DNA of 64,000 nucleotides from a bacterium (GTDB lineage: Bacteria > Patescibacteriota > Microgenomatia > UBA1400 > PJMF01). Position numbers and translations under genes: made by a program. Positions 18,866 through 27,463 of the stretch are shown in pieces; the first letter of the stretch is position 1; every line of letters begins with the position of its first letter. The notes beneath the pieces are model-generated. The model saw only the letters and a program-made list of their open reading frames with translations, was not told the origin of the DNA and searched no databases. The stretch lies in contig JAQBYG010000001.1 in NCBI GenBank assembly GCA_027620445.1, forward strand, positions 5,115 through 69,114, read 5' to 3'.

Positions 18866-19525
18866 TTATCCTTTCAAGAACGTTTCTGCTGTTTGTATAA
18901 CATCTGCACTAGTCCAGAGTGCGCTACCGACAGTAATGCTTTGCACTCCGGCTTTGCTCAATTTTGACAGCAACTCTGGCTTGATACCACCATCAATAAT
19001 CAGCTCTACCTCATGATCAAGCTTGGCGATGTGACTCTGCGCCTCTAGTATTTTCTCGAACACTTGCTCACGAAAGTGACTTCCCTGCACCCCAGCCTCT
19101 ATTGACATCAGCTGTAGCACATCGAGCTGCTCCCAACTTTCGTCATCAATAGCTGAAAGTGGGGTAAATAAATCGAGCGACAACCCAGCTTGCCACTGCT
19201 GTTGGCGCGCTTCTTCTAAGAACGGCGCCTGAAATGAGAGTTTTTCTACCTGGGCAATGCACGCGCGGACTTGCGATTTGTCGCACTCGGCAATGAGCTC
19301 GTAAAGAAAGTCGAGTGGCTCAACAGTCATAAAATGCGCGTCGTACTTGAGTTCCCCCAGGTTTAAAAGTGGAATGTCAGCAGGGGTAATGGTAATGTTG
19401 TCGGCAAAGATGCCATCGATAACATCGATCTGCACCGTGGTTATATCTGAGAGCTCAATAATTGAGTCTATCTGGCCTTGGAGCTCGGAAATTGAGTCGC
19501 TCAGAAGCGAGGGATACAGGTTCAT
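18866..19525 (-). CDS. rpe: Ribulose-phosphate 3-epimerase-like protein (divergent)
   Basis: PSLLSDS..., IDVIDGIFADNIT (compare HVDVMDGHFVPNIT), DAHFMT, LMSIEAGVQGSHF, IDGGI and AGV.SITVGSAL follow the Rpe TIM-barrel motif order. Confidence 0.6.
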   Translation of the reverse strand: MNLYPSLLSDSISELQGQIDSIIELSDITTVQIDVIDGIFADNITITPADIPLLNLGELKYDAHFMTVEPLDFLYELIAECDKSQVRACIAQVEKLSFQAPFLEEARQQQWQAGLSLDLFTPLSAIDDESWEQLDVLQLMSIEAGVQGSHFREQVFEKILEAQSHIAKLDHEVELIIDGGIKPELLSKLSKAGVQSITVGSALWTSADVIQTAETFLKG

Positions 19526-19528
19526 GGC

Positions 19529-19981
19529 TTACCTTCCTAATCTGCTCAGTTGTTCTATTCTTCGTACGTGTCGTTCTTCTGCGGTGAATGGAGTGGTTAA
19601 AAATGCTCGCACAATGGCTTCTTGTTCTACCTGGGATAACCAGTCGGCTGAGAGTGACAAGACATTGGCGTCTTCGTCGTTTCTGGCGTGTTGGGCTTGC
19701 TCTGGAGTGAGCGCGGTCACAGCCCGTAAATACGGAAAGCGATTGGCAGCCATAGTCATGCCAGCACCAGAGCGGCACAACAGAATTGCTCTAGTATCTG
19801 GAGCAGCATTGGCCATTTTGGCTGCAACTTCGGCAACAATTTCTGGATAGTCATCATTAGGATCAAGTGTGGGTGAACCACACTCCTCTACCGAGTAACC
19901 TTCCCTTTCCAAAAAAACTTTGAGCGTTTGTTTGTCGGCAAAACCACCGTGGTCGGCGACGAGGAGGAGGTGTAAAGGCAT
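19529..19981 (-). CDS. rpiB: Ribose-5-phosphate isomerase B
   Basis: 150 aa. LLLVADHGGFADKQ..., ILLCRSGAGMTMAANRFP, NDEDANVLSLSA match RpiB/LacAB. Confidence 0.85.
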   Translation of the reverse strand: MPLHLLLVADHGGFADKQTLKVFLEREGYSVEECGSPTLDPNDDYPEIVAEVAAKMANAAPDTRAILLCRSGAGMTMAANRFPYLRAVTALTPEQAQHARNDEDANVLSLSADWLSQVEQEAIVRAFLTTPFTAEERHVRRIEQLSRLGR

Positions 19982-20014
19982 ATGGCTGAGTGTACTATAT
20001 GTCTGCAGCTGAGG

Positions 20015-20347
20015 CTACTCAAACCCTAGCTCTGCCTTGGCTTCATCCGTCATCATATCCTGCACCCAAGGTGGATCGAACACAAGGTTAACGGCTAGAT
20101 CTCGGTAGGGATCAAAGCCTGGTATATCGAGCAATTGCTGTTTAACCAGATCTTCGAACACGTGTGCGAGCGGGCAACCGGGAGTAGTAAGCGTCATCGT
20201 TATCGTCGCTTCTGGTGGAGAAACTCCATCGGGCGCGACCACGTTGTAAACCAATCCCAAGCTGACAATATCAATGCCCAGCTCTGGGTCGATCACTTTT
20301 GCTAGACCATTCCAGATGTGTTGTTCGAGCTTTGAGCGATTTTGCAT
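20015..20347 (-). CDS. sufT: DUF59 (MIP18/SufT-like) Fe-S cluster assembly protein
   Basis: KVIDPELGIDIVSLGLVYNV...MTLTTPGCPLAHV is the DUF59 signature. Start set at internal ATG (MQNRSKLEQ...). Confidence 0.75.
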   Translation of the reverse strand: MQNRSKLEQHIWNGLAKVIDPELGIDIVSLGLVYNVVAPDGVSPPEATITMTLTTPGCPLAHVFEDLVKQQLLDIPGFDPYRDLAVNLVFDPPWVQDMMTDEAKAELGFE

Positions 20348-20413
20348 AGTGATATCGTACCAAACAAAAACACCCCCCATTGCTGGAGGGTGTTATCTTT
20401 CAAAAACGAATAA

Positions 20414-20617
20414 TTATGCACTCTTCTTGAGAACAGGCATGTTGGTGCGCTTGGTCTCCATGACCTCATAGCCAGCTGGAACTGCTGGAAGCGAGCCATC
20501 TCGCTCATCTCGAGCAAAGAAGTAGATGCGTTGTACACGACCATTCTTGAGTGTTACCTCTTTGGTGTGCAGGTAATAGGTTTGACCTTTGGCGTTTTTG
20601 TAGCTAAATGCTGCCAT
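20414..20617 (-). CDS. Small basic hypothetical protein
   Basis: 67 aa MAAFSYKNAKGQTYYLHTKEVTLKNGRVQRIYFFARDE.... Co-directional and tightly spaced with neighbours. Looks like a conserved small protein but is unidentified. Confidence 0.35.
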   Translation of the reverse strand: MAAFSYKNAKGQTYYLHTKEVTLKNGRVQRIYFFARDERDGSLPAVPAGYEVMETKRTNMPVLKKSA

Positions 20618-20769
20618 AGTATCTCCTCTTTCTTTCGCGCTTTGGCGAAAATTAATACTTATACGTTGCTACTTAACTCTAGTGTTACTCTCAATACTCA
20701 GCACTGTGATCGAGTAGCAGTTTTTGTTAGGATAGCATACTCGACGGGCACATCAAGAAGCAAATATTT

Positions 20770-21339
20770 TTACTCCTGTTTTTCCTCGAGAGCTGGACTC
20801 AGCATACCGCGCAGAACAACGTTTTCGAGAACGGTTGCTTTGTCGGCGCTGGTGCTAACTACTACCTCAACTGGCAAGAGATCGGTGCTGATAGCAGCGG
20901 TGCCAACTAAGCCACCCTTACCTGCTACCAAATCGAATGCATGAGAGAGCTCGTTGGTGTCGGTATCGTGCAACCAAGCGTGGTACTCTTCATTTCCCAT
21001 TGCGGTTACGATGACACTAAAGCGGAGTTTGTTGTCTACAACTTCGTAGCGGATGAGGCCGGTTGCTTCTGGTTTCTCCATAGCAGCACCATCGCCCTCA
21101 GCTGCATTTTCTTGTGCGAGCTCTACCGTGTCAAAGTCACCTGCGCCTTGCAACATAGAACGCTGCTCGTCTTCACTCAGGTTTTCGATTTGAATACCTT
21201 CAGAGAAGTTGAGCTCGTTGTTTGCTCGTTGATTACGGAGCTGAAACCAGCGGAACACGAGAAAGAAGACCAGCAAAAAGACGAGTAATGGAAACACGTA
21301 TGGTGTGTACTTTTTTACAGTCGCGCTGTTTAGATTCAT
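20770..21339 (-). CDS. Hypothetical membrane-anchored protein
   Basis: 189 aa with a single N-terminal TM (FPLLVFLLVFFLVFRWF) followed by an acidic extracytoplasmic domain. Confidence 0.45.
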   Translation of the reverse strand: MNLNSATVKKYTPYVFPLLVFLLVFFLVFRWFQLRNQRANNELNFSEGIQIENLSEDEQRSMLQGAGDFDTVELAQENAAEGDGAAMEKPEATGLIRYEVVDNKLRFSVIVTAMGNEEYHAWLHDTDTNELSHAFDLVAGKGGLVGTAAISTDLLPVEVVVSTSADKATVLENVVLRGMLSPALEEKQE

Positions 21340-21364
21340 AGTAACCCTTTTTTCTACCCGCTTG

Positions 21365-22033
21365 TTACTGGGCGGTAGAACGTTCTTGTACTGCTTTTGC
21401 CACCAGGTCTCGCATTTGTGTGGCAGTGGCTTTTTGGCCGTTCACAAAGAAAGTTGGCGTTGCGTTTATGCCGATTTTGGTACCTAGATCTGCATCTTTT
21501 TGTACCAAACTAGAATACACGCTACTATCCTGTATCTTAGCGCTAAATGCTGCCTCGTCAAGTCCAAGCTCTACAGCGTACTGGGTAAAGGTCGCTTTTG
21601 CCTCGTCTACCGAGCCGAGCTTTGACCACACGAGCTGGCGCTCAAAGAGCAAATCGTGCATTGGCCAAAAGGCATTTTCCTCTGCCGCAATCTCAGACGC
21701 GACGGCAGCAGTGCGTGCGAGTGGGTGGAGTTGATCGAGCGGAAAGTGACGGTAGACCAGCCGAACTTGATCACCAAATTCTGCTACAACTGCCTTGACC
21801 AGTGGTTGACTCGCTTTGCAGGCTGGACACTGCAAGTCGCTAAACTCGACTATGGTGACTGGTGCTGAGTCCGGACCGATTGTATGTTTGGCGCCGGCCA
21901 CGAGCTCTGCCTGATCAGCCACTTGTGCCGTCGGCGTCGTCTCTTTAGAAAAAAACACTGCGATGCCACCGATCAGAAGCAGTGTTCCAATGATAGTACC
22001 AAGGAGTAAGGAAATATTTTTCATACTGGCCAC
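21365..22033 (-). CDS. DsbA-like thiol:disulfide oxidoreductase (thioredoxin fold), membrane-anchored
   Basis: N-terminal TM, then VEFSDLQCPACKAS (CPxC active site) and the DsbA helical insert. Confidence 0.75.
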   Translation of the reverse strand: MASMKNISLLLGTIIGTLLLIGGIAVFFSKETTPTAQVADQAELVAGAKHTIGPDSAPVTIVEFSDLQCPACKASQPLVKAVVAEFGDQVRLVYRHFPLDQLHPLARTAAVASEIAAEENAFWPMHDLLFERQLVWSKLGSVDEAKATFTQYAVELGLDEAAFSAKIQDSSVYSSLVQKDADLGTKIGINATPTFFVNGQKATATQMRDLVAKAVQERSTAQ

Positions 22034-22269
22034 ACCTGTTTACCCGACGCTGTGTCGGTTACTATTATTGCCATTGTCGGACAGCTTTGGGCTGCCAACA
22101 ACTTGGTTTCATCGTCATTGCCATCTTGACTGATGACGCGCGCGAGCTGCTCTTCGTCGAGCTCAAAAACGCCTGGCGCGATCACGGCGCAACTAGCAGC
22201 GCTGATACACTTTTCGCGAATGACTTCGACTTTGTACTTTCCAATGTGTTTAACTTGTGGATCTGCCAT
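22021..22269 (-). CDS. Small ferredoxin-like protein (single-cluster, 3-Cys)
   Basis: 82 aa. CISAASC...SCP cysteine pattern with the C-terminal C-P typical of single-cluster Fer4_13-type ferredoxins. Immediately upstream of the FNR-like reductase. Confidence 0.55.
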   Translation of the reverse strand: MADPQVKHIGKYKVEVIREKCISAASCAVIAPGVFELDEEQLARVISQDGNDDETKLLAAQSCPTMAIIVTDTASGKQVWPV

Positions 22270-22281
22270 AACTCCTTTTTT

Positions 22282-22992
22282 TTAATAAAACTTTTCGTGA
22301 TGAATGTGCGCTTCTGTAATACCTTTGGCAAGTACTGTTTGAGTAACATCACCAATCATCGTCGCATTGCCACAGAGGTAGTAACCAACGCTTGCGGCCT
22401 GCTCATGCGCCGTCAAACAATCGGTCACCCGTCCGCGACAAAGGGGCCAGGCTTGTTCTGGCTGTGAGATAACCGGATGAAAAGAAAAATGAGGGAATGA
22501 CTCTGCCAATTCTTCGAACTCATCCTCCCAAAATAACTGATTGGCGTGACGCATGCCCCAGTAGAGTGTGATGGGTCGAGTGTCTTGTCGTACTTGCAGG
22601 TGTTCAAACAGCATCGAACGAAACGGTGCAATACCGGACCCAGTTGCGACTAAGGCGAGTGAAGTCTCATCCGTGTCAGGCACAATCGTAAAGATGCCTA
22701 ATGGTGCGAGGAGCTCAATTTCTTGACCAAAAGCAAGACTTTCTAAATACGTGCAACCGATACCAGCAGGCTGGTGATCTACCAATAACTCAAAACCGTG
22801 GGTGATAGCGGGAGAGGAACAAATCGAGTAGGATCTGCGCTCACCTTTGTCTGAAACTTTGATAGAAACATACTGACCAGCTGCGAAGGCAAGTTCGTTT
22901 GGCTCGACCAACTCAAAGTCATACTGCATAAAGCGCTCATTGAGCTGCTGTTTGTCTTCTAATTTTGCGCGGTACTGTTTTGGTGGCTGCAT
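22282..22992 (-). CDS. Ferredoxin-NADP reductase-like FAD/NAD(P)-binding oxidoreductase
   Basis: RRYSICSSP (RxYS FAD motif), GTGIAPF (NAD-binding GxGxxP), 236 aa. Confidence 0.75.
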   Translation of the reverse strand: MQPPKQYRAKLEDKQQLNERFMQYDFELVEPNELAFAAGQYVSIKVSDKGERRSYSICSSPAITHGFELLVDHQPAGIGCTYLESLAFGQEIELLAPLGIFTIVPDTDETSLALVATGSGIAPFRSMLFEHLQVRQDTRPITLYWGMRHANQLFWEDEFEELAESFPHFSFHPVISQPEQAWPLCRGRVTDCLTAHEQAASVGYYLCGNATMIGDVTQTVLAKGITEAHIHHEKFY

Positions 22993-22993
22993 A

Positions 22994-23536
22994 TTACTTT
23001 CCTATGATGTCTTGTTCCCAGTCACGACCGAACCAGAGACCGAGTGCTAACTTTGCAATACTAGCATATTCTGTAGTTCTATCAACAAAGCCACGCGTGA
23101 TCACCCCGATTGCCCCCTGCTTTTGCTTGATGTTATCTGTGGCAAATAACTGACTGACTGCGGGACCCATCTCTGCGCCAGCAGCTAATTTGTCTGCAAT
23201 TATTTTTGGCAGTTTGAAACGCGCACCGTTGCTTTCGTAGTACTCACCTGCCTGATCGATCAGCACCACCCACACGGTCGACCAGAGCTCTCCCTCATAG
23301 ATGTGAATGCCTCCCTCGAGACCAAGACCAAGGTCGGTCGTGTTGCCACCGGCTTCGAGCGCTGCGGCAGCTCTGTTTCTCGCACCTTGGCGAGTTTCTT
23401 CGTCGCTGCGCGGTTGCTCTGAGACGCCACTCGGGACCTCAAAGCCTGTCACTATTACATCTGGCCACTGGCCTTGGGCGGCTAGCCGCACAGCATTGAG
23501 CTTGACCGGATTGGTGCTGCCGACCGCAATTTTCAT
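22994..23536 (-). CDS. Inosine/xanthosine triphosphatase (YjjX/DUF84, Maf-Ham1 superfamily)
   Basis: MKIAVGSTNPVKLNAV...PSGVSEQPRSDEETRQGARNRA... aligns with E. coli YjjX (CATTNPAKI...[22 protein letters not shown]). Start set at internal ATG. 4-nt overlap with sufU stop. Confidence 0.75.
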   Translation of the reverse strand: MKIAVGSTNPVKLNAVRLAAQGQWPDVIVTGFEVPSGVSEQPRSDEETRQGARNRAAAALEAGGNTTDLGLGLEGGIHIYEGELWSTVWVVLIDQAGEYYESNGARFKLPKIIADKLAAGAEMGPAVSQLFATDNIKQKQGAIGVITRGFVDRTTEYASIAKLALGLWFGRDWEQDIIGK

Positions 23537-23913
23537 ACTTTCTCCAGTACTTTTTGTACGGTGTTGAGGCCAAGGAGTAAACACTTCTTGCGCGCGGTCG
23601 AAAAGGTCTTGAGCCCCAGCCAGCTCAAGAGGGTGTGCTCATCCCAGGTTACTACCTCGGCGACTTGTTCTCCCTGGAGATGATCGGACAGCAAGCTCAG
23701 GCTCGCGGTGCTGATGACGCAACCGGTGCCTTGCCACTTCATGGCTGTGATGTGTTTTTTATCTGCAGTGAGCCTGACAAAAACCCGGCAGCTATCGCCG
23801 CACGAGTTTACCTCTGGCGGAGAAGTTACATCAGCATCTAGCATCTCCCCTTTATGATGTGGGTCGCGTGCTGCTTCGAGCAACTCTTCGTGATATAAAT
23901 CGTCCATCTTCAC
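23533..23913 (-). CDS. sufU: SufU/IscU-like Fe-S cluster scaffold
   Basis: NSCGDSCRVFVRL...GTGCVISTASLS are the NifU-N/SufU cysteine motifs. Confidence 0.8.
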   Translation of the reverse strand: MKMDDLYHEELLEAARDPHHKGEMLDADVTSPPEVNSCGDSCRVFVRLTADKKHITAMKWQGTGCVISTASLSLLSDHLQGEQVAEVVTWDEHTLLSWLGLKTFSTARKKCLLLGLNTVQKVLEKV

Positions 23914-23916
23914 TTT

Positions 23917-25170
23917 CTATACGTTAAAAACTTGGCGAACTTTGGCCAGTCCTGCCACCAAAGCGTCAATATCAGCAGTTGTATTGTAGACGTTAAAACT
24001 CGCGCGCACGCTCGCCGTCCAGCCGAACTGCTCATGCAGCGGCATGGTGCAGTGATGGCCACTGCGAACAGCCACCCCAACGCTATCGAGTACCTGCGCT
24101 ACATCGTGGGCGTGCACTCCGTTGTAGGTAAAAGCGACCGAGCCAACTCGATCAACCTCGGTCTCACTAAAATCCTGTGGACCGATGATTGTAAGCTGTG
24201 GTACCGCCGAGAGTTTATCGAGCGCATACAGCACAAGATCTAGATCGTGCTGCCCAACGTCGCTCATGTGGAGCTTGGACAGGTACTCACAAGCAGCGGC
24301 CAAGCCAACGGCACTGGCCACATCCGGCGTCCCAGCGGTAAATCGCTCGCTTGCTTCGTCGGTGAAAGTGGTCCCTTTTGTCGTCACCGCCGCAATCATG
24401 CCACCACCAAATAACCACGGTCGTACTTCATTCGATTGCAAAAGAGCGCTGCGAACAAACACGCCCCCAATCCCCATCGGACCGAGCATTTTATGACCGC
24501 TGAACACAAGAAAGTCTGCGTCGAGCTTGGCAAATGAAACGGGGAGGTGTGGTGCAGACTGGGCAGCGTCAACGAGTACGCGAATGCCTGATTGAAGAGT
24601 GTGTGCCTCGGCAATAATCTCGGCAATCGGGTTGAGCGTCCCCAAGGTATTGGACACGTGTGAAAGTGCAAGAAGCTTCACTTTTGGCAAGGAAAGTTTG
24701 GCGCTCAAGGATGTACGATCGAGCCGACCGTCTTTGGTGAGCCCAATATACTCGACACTCGCACCAGTTCGTTTGGCTAACTCTTGCCAACACACAATGT
24801 TGGAGTGATGCTCCATGAGTGAAGTTAGAATGATATCGCCTGCTTGTAAATTGTGATCACCCCAGCCGTAGGCCACACCATTGATTGCCTCAGTCGTGTT
24901 GCGGGTGACGATCAGTTCGTCACTGTGCGCATCAAAAAACTTTGCGATGGTCGCACGACTTTCATCCCAAACTTGTGTACTCCTATCAGAGAGTTGATGC
25001 ACGCCGCGATGCACATTGGCATTGGTCGTTTGGTAGTACTGGGTAATGGCGTCAAGAACAACTTGGGGTTTTTGGCTTGTTGCTGCGCTGTCGAGGTAGA
25101 CGAGCTTGTCTCCCTGGGGGTTGTGGGTGAAAATGGGAAAGTCTTGGCGGATTGTGAGTGGGTTGAACAT
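23917..25170 (-). CDS. sufS: Cysteine desulfurase SufS
   Basis: 417 aa class-V aminotransferase: HHSNIVCWQ, PLP-lysine region FSGHKMLGPMGIGGVF, and active-site RSGHHC. Confidence 0.9.
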   Translation of the reverse strand: MFNPLTIRQDFPIFTHNPQGDKLVYLDSAATSQKPQVVLDAITQYYQTTNANVHRGVHQLSDRSTQVWDESRATIAKFFDAHSDELIVTRNTTEAINGVAYGWGDHNLQAGDIILTSLMEHHSNIVCWQELAKRTGASVEYIGLTKDGRLDRTSLSAKLSLPKVKLLALSHVSNTLGTLNPIAEIIAEAHTLQSGIRVLVDAAQSAPHLPVSFAKLDADFLVFSGHKMLGPMGIGGVFVRSALLQSNEVRPWLFGGGMIAAVTTKGTTFTDEASERFTAGTPDVASAVGLAAACEYLSKLHMSDVGQHDLDLVLYALDKLSAVPQLTIIGPQDFSETEVDRVGSVAFTYNGVHAHDVAQVLDSVGVAVRSGHHCTMPLHEQFGWTASVRASFNVYNTTADIDALVAGLAKVRQVFNV

Positions 25171-26453
25171 TAGATAGTTTTATCAAAATTTTCAACTATA
25201 GTGTTGAAATCAAAGAGATCAATCTTACAATCTCCCACTTGGTTATAGAAACAGTTTTCTGTATCGTACACGCCAGCAGCAATACTAACATCAAAAATGT
25301 CTACTTTATTATCTCTATTAAAGTCCCCCAACAATCTTGGGACTGGTGTGGGGGATGGTGTGGGAACAGGAGTTGGTACGGGGGTTGGTGTTGGCTGCGG
25401 ACACCGACTGATGGATGCTGTACGAAAAACGTCGTGCCACGGTCGTTTTCTGCCAGTAGAATCTATCAACCCCATTGCTGGATTACTAGAAAAATCACCC
25501 ATAGTGTGAAAAAAAGCAAGCGGCACGAACGAAAATTCAGGACTCGCAAGTCGCTCGATTGATTGAGATAAAAACTCCGCCCCTTGCGCCTCTGATATTG
25601 ATGTATCAGCACCCGGAATAACATTCCAACCATACTCTGTAATCCAGATAGGCTTTTGCGCCAGCTGATGCAGTCGCTTGACACTATCAAGATCAATGGC
25701 GCCGTGCCAATTGTAGGGATGTATAGAGAAAACATCGTAAGACCTGCCACCAGGACTGGAGTGCAGTCGCTCAACAAATGGTTCGTCCAAACGATCAAGC
25801 CCGCCAACGGAAACTATGATTGATTGGGAAACAGATTTCAGAGCCTTGTAGGTGATGTCTAGCCAATATGCATAGTCACGGACGGAATCATCTGAGTTGC
25901 CACAAAATCCCGTGCTCGAGCCGCAGCCGTTTTGCTCATTCCAGTACTCATATCGTGTCACCTGTGGGTACCTGCGAGCAGCAGTTTGCAAAAATCTCGT
26001 GTAATCTTGCTCAAACTCTCGTCTGGGCAATGCTTGGTGTGCTGGTAATGATCCCTCTTTTGCCCAATCGGGCGTGCCGACGACAAGTATCGTCACTGCC
26101 AAGCCATATTTTTCCGCCTCGGCAATGTCTGCATCTAGCTGTGCAAAATTGTATGCGCCTCTGCTTCTTTCAGAAATATCCCAATTTAGTGTCAATTTGG
26201 TTGCAGTGCCTCCAGCTTCATAAATAGCTTTGTACATGTTAGAAACATTTCCTCCTGGGTTGATGCCAAATAACAAAGGCCTAGTAAAGTTTGGACACGA
26301 AATACTTGCCGCAATAGCTTGGCTGCGAAAGGCTGTGTAACATACGATTAGAAAAGCTACTATCGCGACAACAGGGAAAAAGTGTTTACGTACAGCTTGA
26401 AAATGTAACATTAGTGATATTGTAGCAAGAAAGTTGCTATGCCTGGCCGCCAT
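25170..26453 (-). CDS. Secreted clan GH-A glycoside-hydrolase-like protein (GH5/GH39-like) with Pro-Thr linker and dockerin-like C-terminus
   Basis: Signal peptide. Candidate catalytic acid/base in YEYWNEQN and nucleophile in IWITEYGW, in the right order for a (beta/alpha)8 clan GH-A enzyme. Then CPQPTPTPVPTPVPTPSPTPVP linker and two Ca-binding-like segments GDFNRDNKVDIFD / GDCKIDLFDFN. 1-nt stop/start overlap with sufS. Confidence 0.55.
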   Translation of the reverse strand: MAARHSNFLATISLMLHFQAVRKHFFPVVAIVAFLIVCYTAFRSQAIAASISCPNFTRPLLFGINPGGNVSNMYKAIYEAGGTATKLTLNWDISERSRGAYNFAQLDADIAEAEKYGLAVTILVVGTPDWAKEGSLPAHQALPRREFEQDYTRFLQTAARRYPQVTRYEYWNEQNGCGSSTGFCGNSDDSVRDYAYWLDITYKALKSVSQSIIVSVGGLDRLDEPFVERLHSSPGGRSYDVFSIHPYNWHGAIDLDSVKRLHQLAQKPIWITEYGWNVIPGADTSISEAQGAEFLSQSIERLASPEFSFVPLAFFHTMGDFSSNPAMGLIDSTGRKRPWHDVFRTASISRCPQPTPTPVPTPVPTPSPTPVPRLLGDFNRDNKVDIFDVSIAAGVYDTENCFYNQVGDCKIDLFDFNTIVENFDKTI

Positions 26454-26507
26454 AAGTATTTACCACTTCTCTATCGGTATGGTTTAAGATTACTGCAAAT
26501 ATGTGTT

Positions 26508-27003
26508 TTAGATATCGATATAAAAAATTTGTGTGATACCGTAACCATCTACCCATAAATTGGGTATCTTGAAACCGACATACTTCACAGCTACTTCTGC
26601 TTTTAACTCTCTTAATTTTTGAGCAAAACTGCAACATGCAACACACTTGACTGTAAAGCCTCTAGCGCCAGCAGGAGTGCGGCAAGTGTTGTTCTCGAAT
26701 CTATCATATCCTCAATTACAAGCACATACTTTCCCGCTAATTCCTGTTCGTCGAAATGAAAATGAATAATTGGCTTACCTGTCGACTCCATTCCCTGATA
26801 ACTACTAATCTTGACTGATTCCCAGCGAATGCTGATTCCTAATTTTTTCAGCTCAACAACAAGTTGCTCAGCAAAAACTTGGGCGCTTTCGAGCACACAA
26901 AGTACGACTAGTTCAGCATCGCTTTCACCTACGGTTTACTCTCGAAAATCGGTCGCAATTTCAGTTGCGAAACTTCTAACACGAGCGAGAATTTAGTGCT
27001 CAT
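26508..27003 (-). pseudogene. hpt: Hypoxanthine-guanine phosphoribosyltransferase gene carrying two frameshifts
   Basis: Three frames together give a colinear HPRT: MSTKFSLVLEVSQLKLRPIFESKP | GESDAELVVLCVLESAQVFAEQLVVELKKLGISIRWESVKISSYQGMESTGKPIIHFHFDEQELAGKYVLVIEDMIDSRTTLAALLLALEALQSSVLHVAVLLKN | LRELKAEVAVKYVGFKIPNLWVDGYGITQIFYIDI. The second shift is at a T5/A5 run (26616..26620); the first is near 26925..26930. Confidence 0.6.
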
Positions 27004-27424
27004 ATAACAAAATTTCTTGAACCAAAGTAACCAACTCTATCGAGGAATATGGCGCATGAAAATACTCTTCGTTTACCAAAACTACCTGAACTGACTCAGA
27101 TCCGTCCCTAGTAAAAAGCACTGGTTGTCCTGCTACAGTACTAATAGGCACCCGCTCATGAGTTTGTCTTGGGGCAGCTAGACTCAACTTTGCCTGCTCA
27201 ACAGAGCAATTTTGCCAACTCACCCAAGTTTGAGGTGGCAACGTGATTGTTCCCGAAACGGATCGTGGTTCGAGCTCACCTGGGAGGATAATACTAAATG
27301 AGCCGAACTTTCCGACTGACTTGAGCAAGCAAAGAACTGCACAATCAGCATGTGAGAGTACTTCTGGAGCTGCTCCGCAGCCATAACCAATAGGCCTTTC
27401 ACTGTTTGGTATCATGGTAGGCAA
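26993..27424 (-). CDS. Hypothetical protein
   Basis: 143 aa, no recognised motif. Sits where tilS is found in many tilS-hpt-ftsH operons but lacks the PP-loop. Possibly a remnant. Confidence 0.3.
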   Translation of the reverse strand: MPTMIPNSERPIGYGCGAAPEVLSHADCAVLCLLKSVGKFGSFSIILPGELEPRSVSGTITLPPQTWVSWQNCSVEQAKLSLAAPRQTHERVPISTVAGQPVLFTRDGSESVQVVLVNEEYFHAPYSSIELVTLVQEILLYEH

Positions 27425-27463
27425 CTATAATAAACCCTGTCAACAGTGATACTATGAGTACGC

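Noticed and set aside
25344-25405. GGTGTGGG-type tandem DNA repeat
   Set aside because: It is not a CRISPR, VNTR or mobile repeat. It encodes the Pro-Thr linker (PTPTPVPTPVPTPSPTPVP) of the GH-like protein on the minus strand.
26437-26646. 69-aa minus-strand ORF (MCCMLQFCSK...)
   Set aside because: It is an off-frame reading of the hpt C-terminal region. The HPRT-like sequence (KYVGFKIPNLWVDGYG) is in a different frame of the same DNA.
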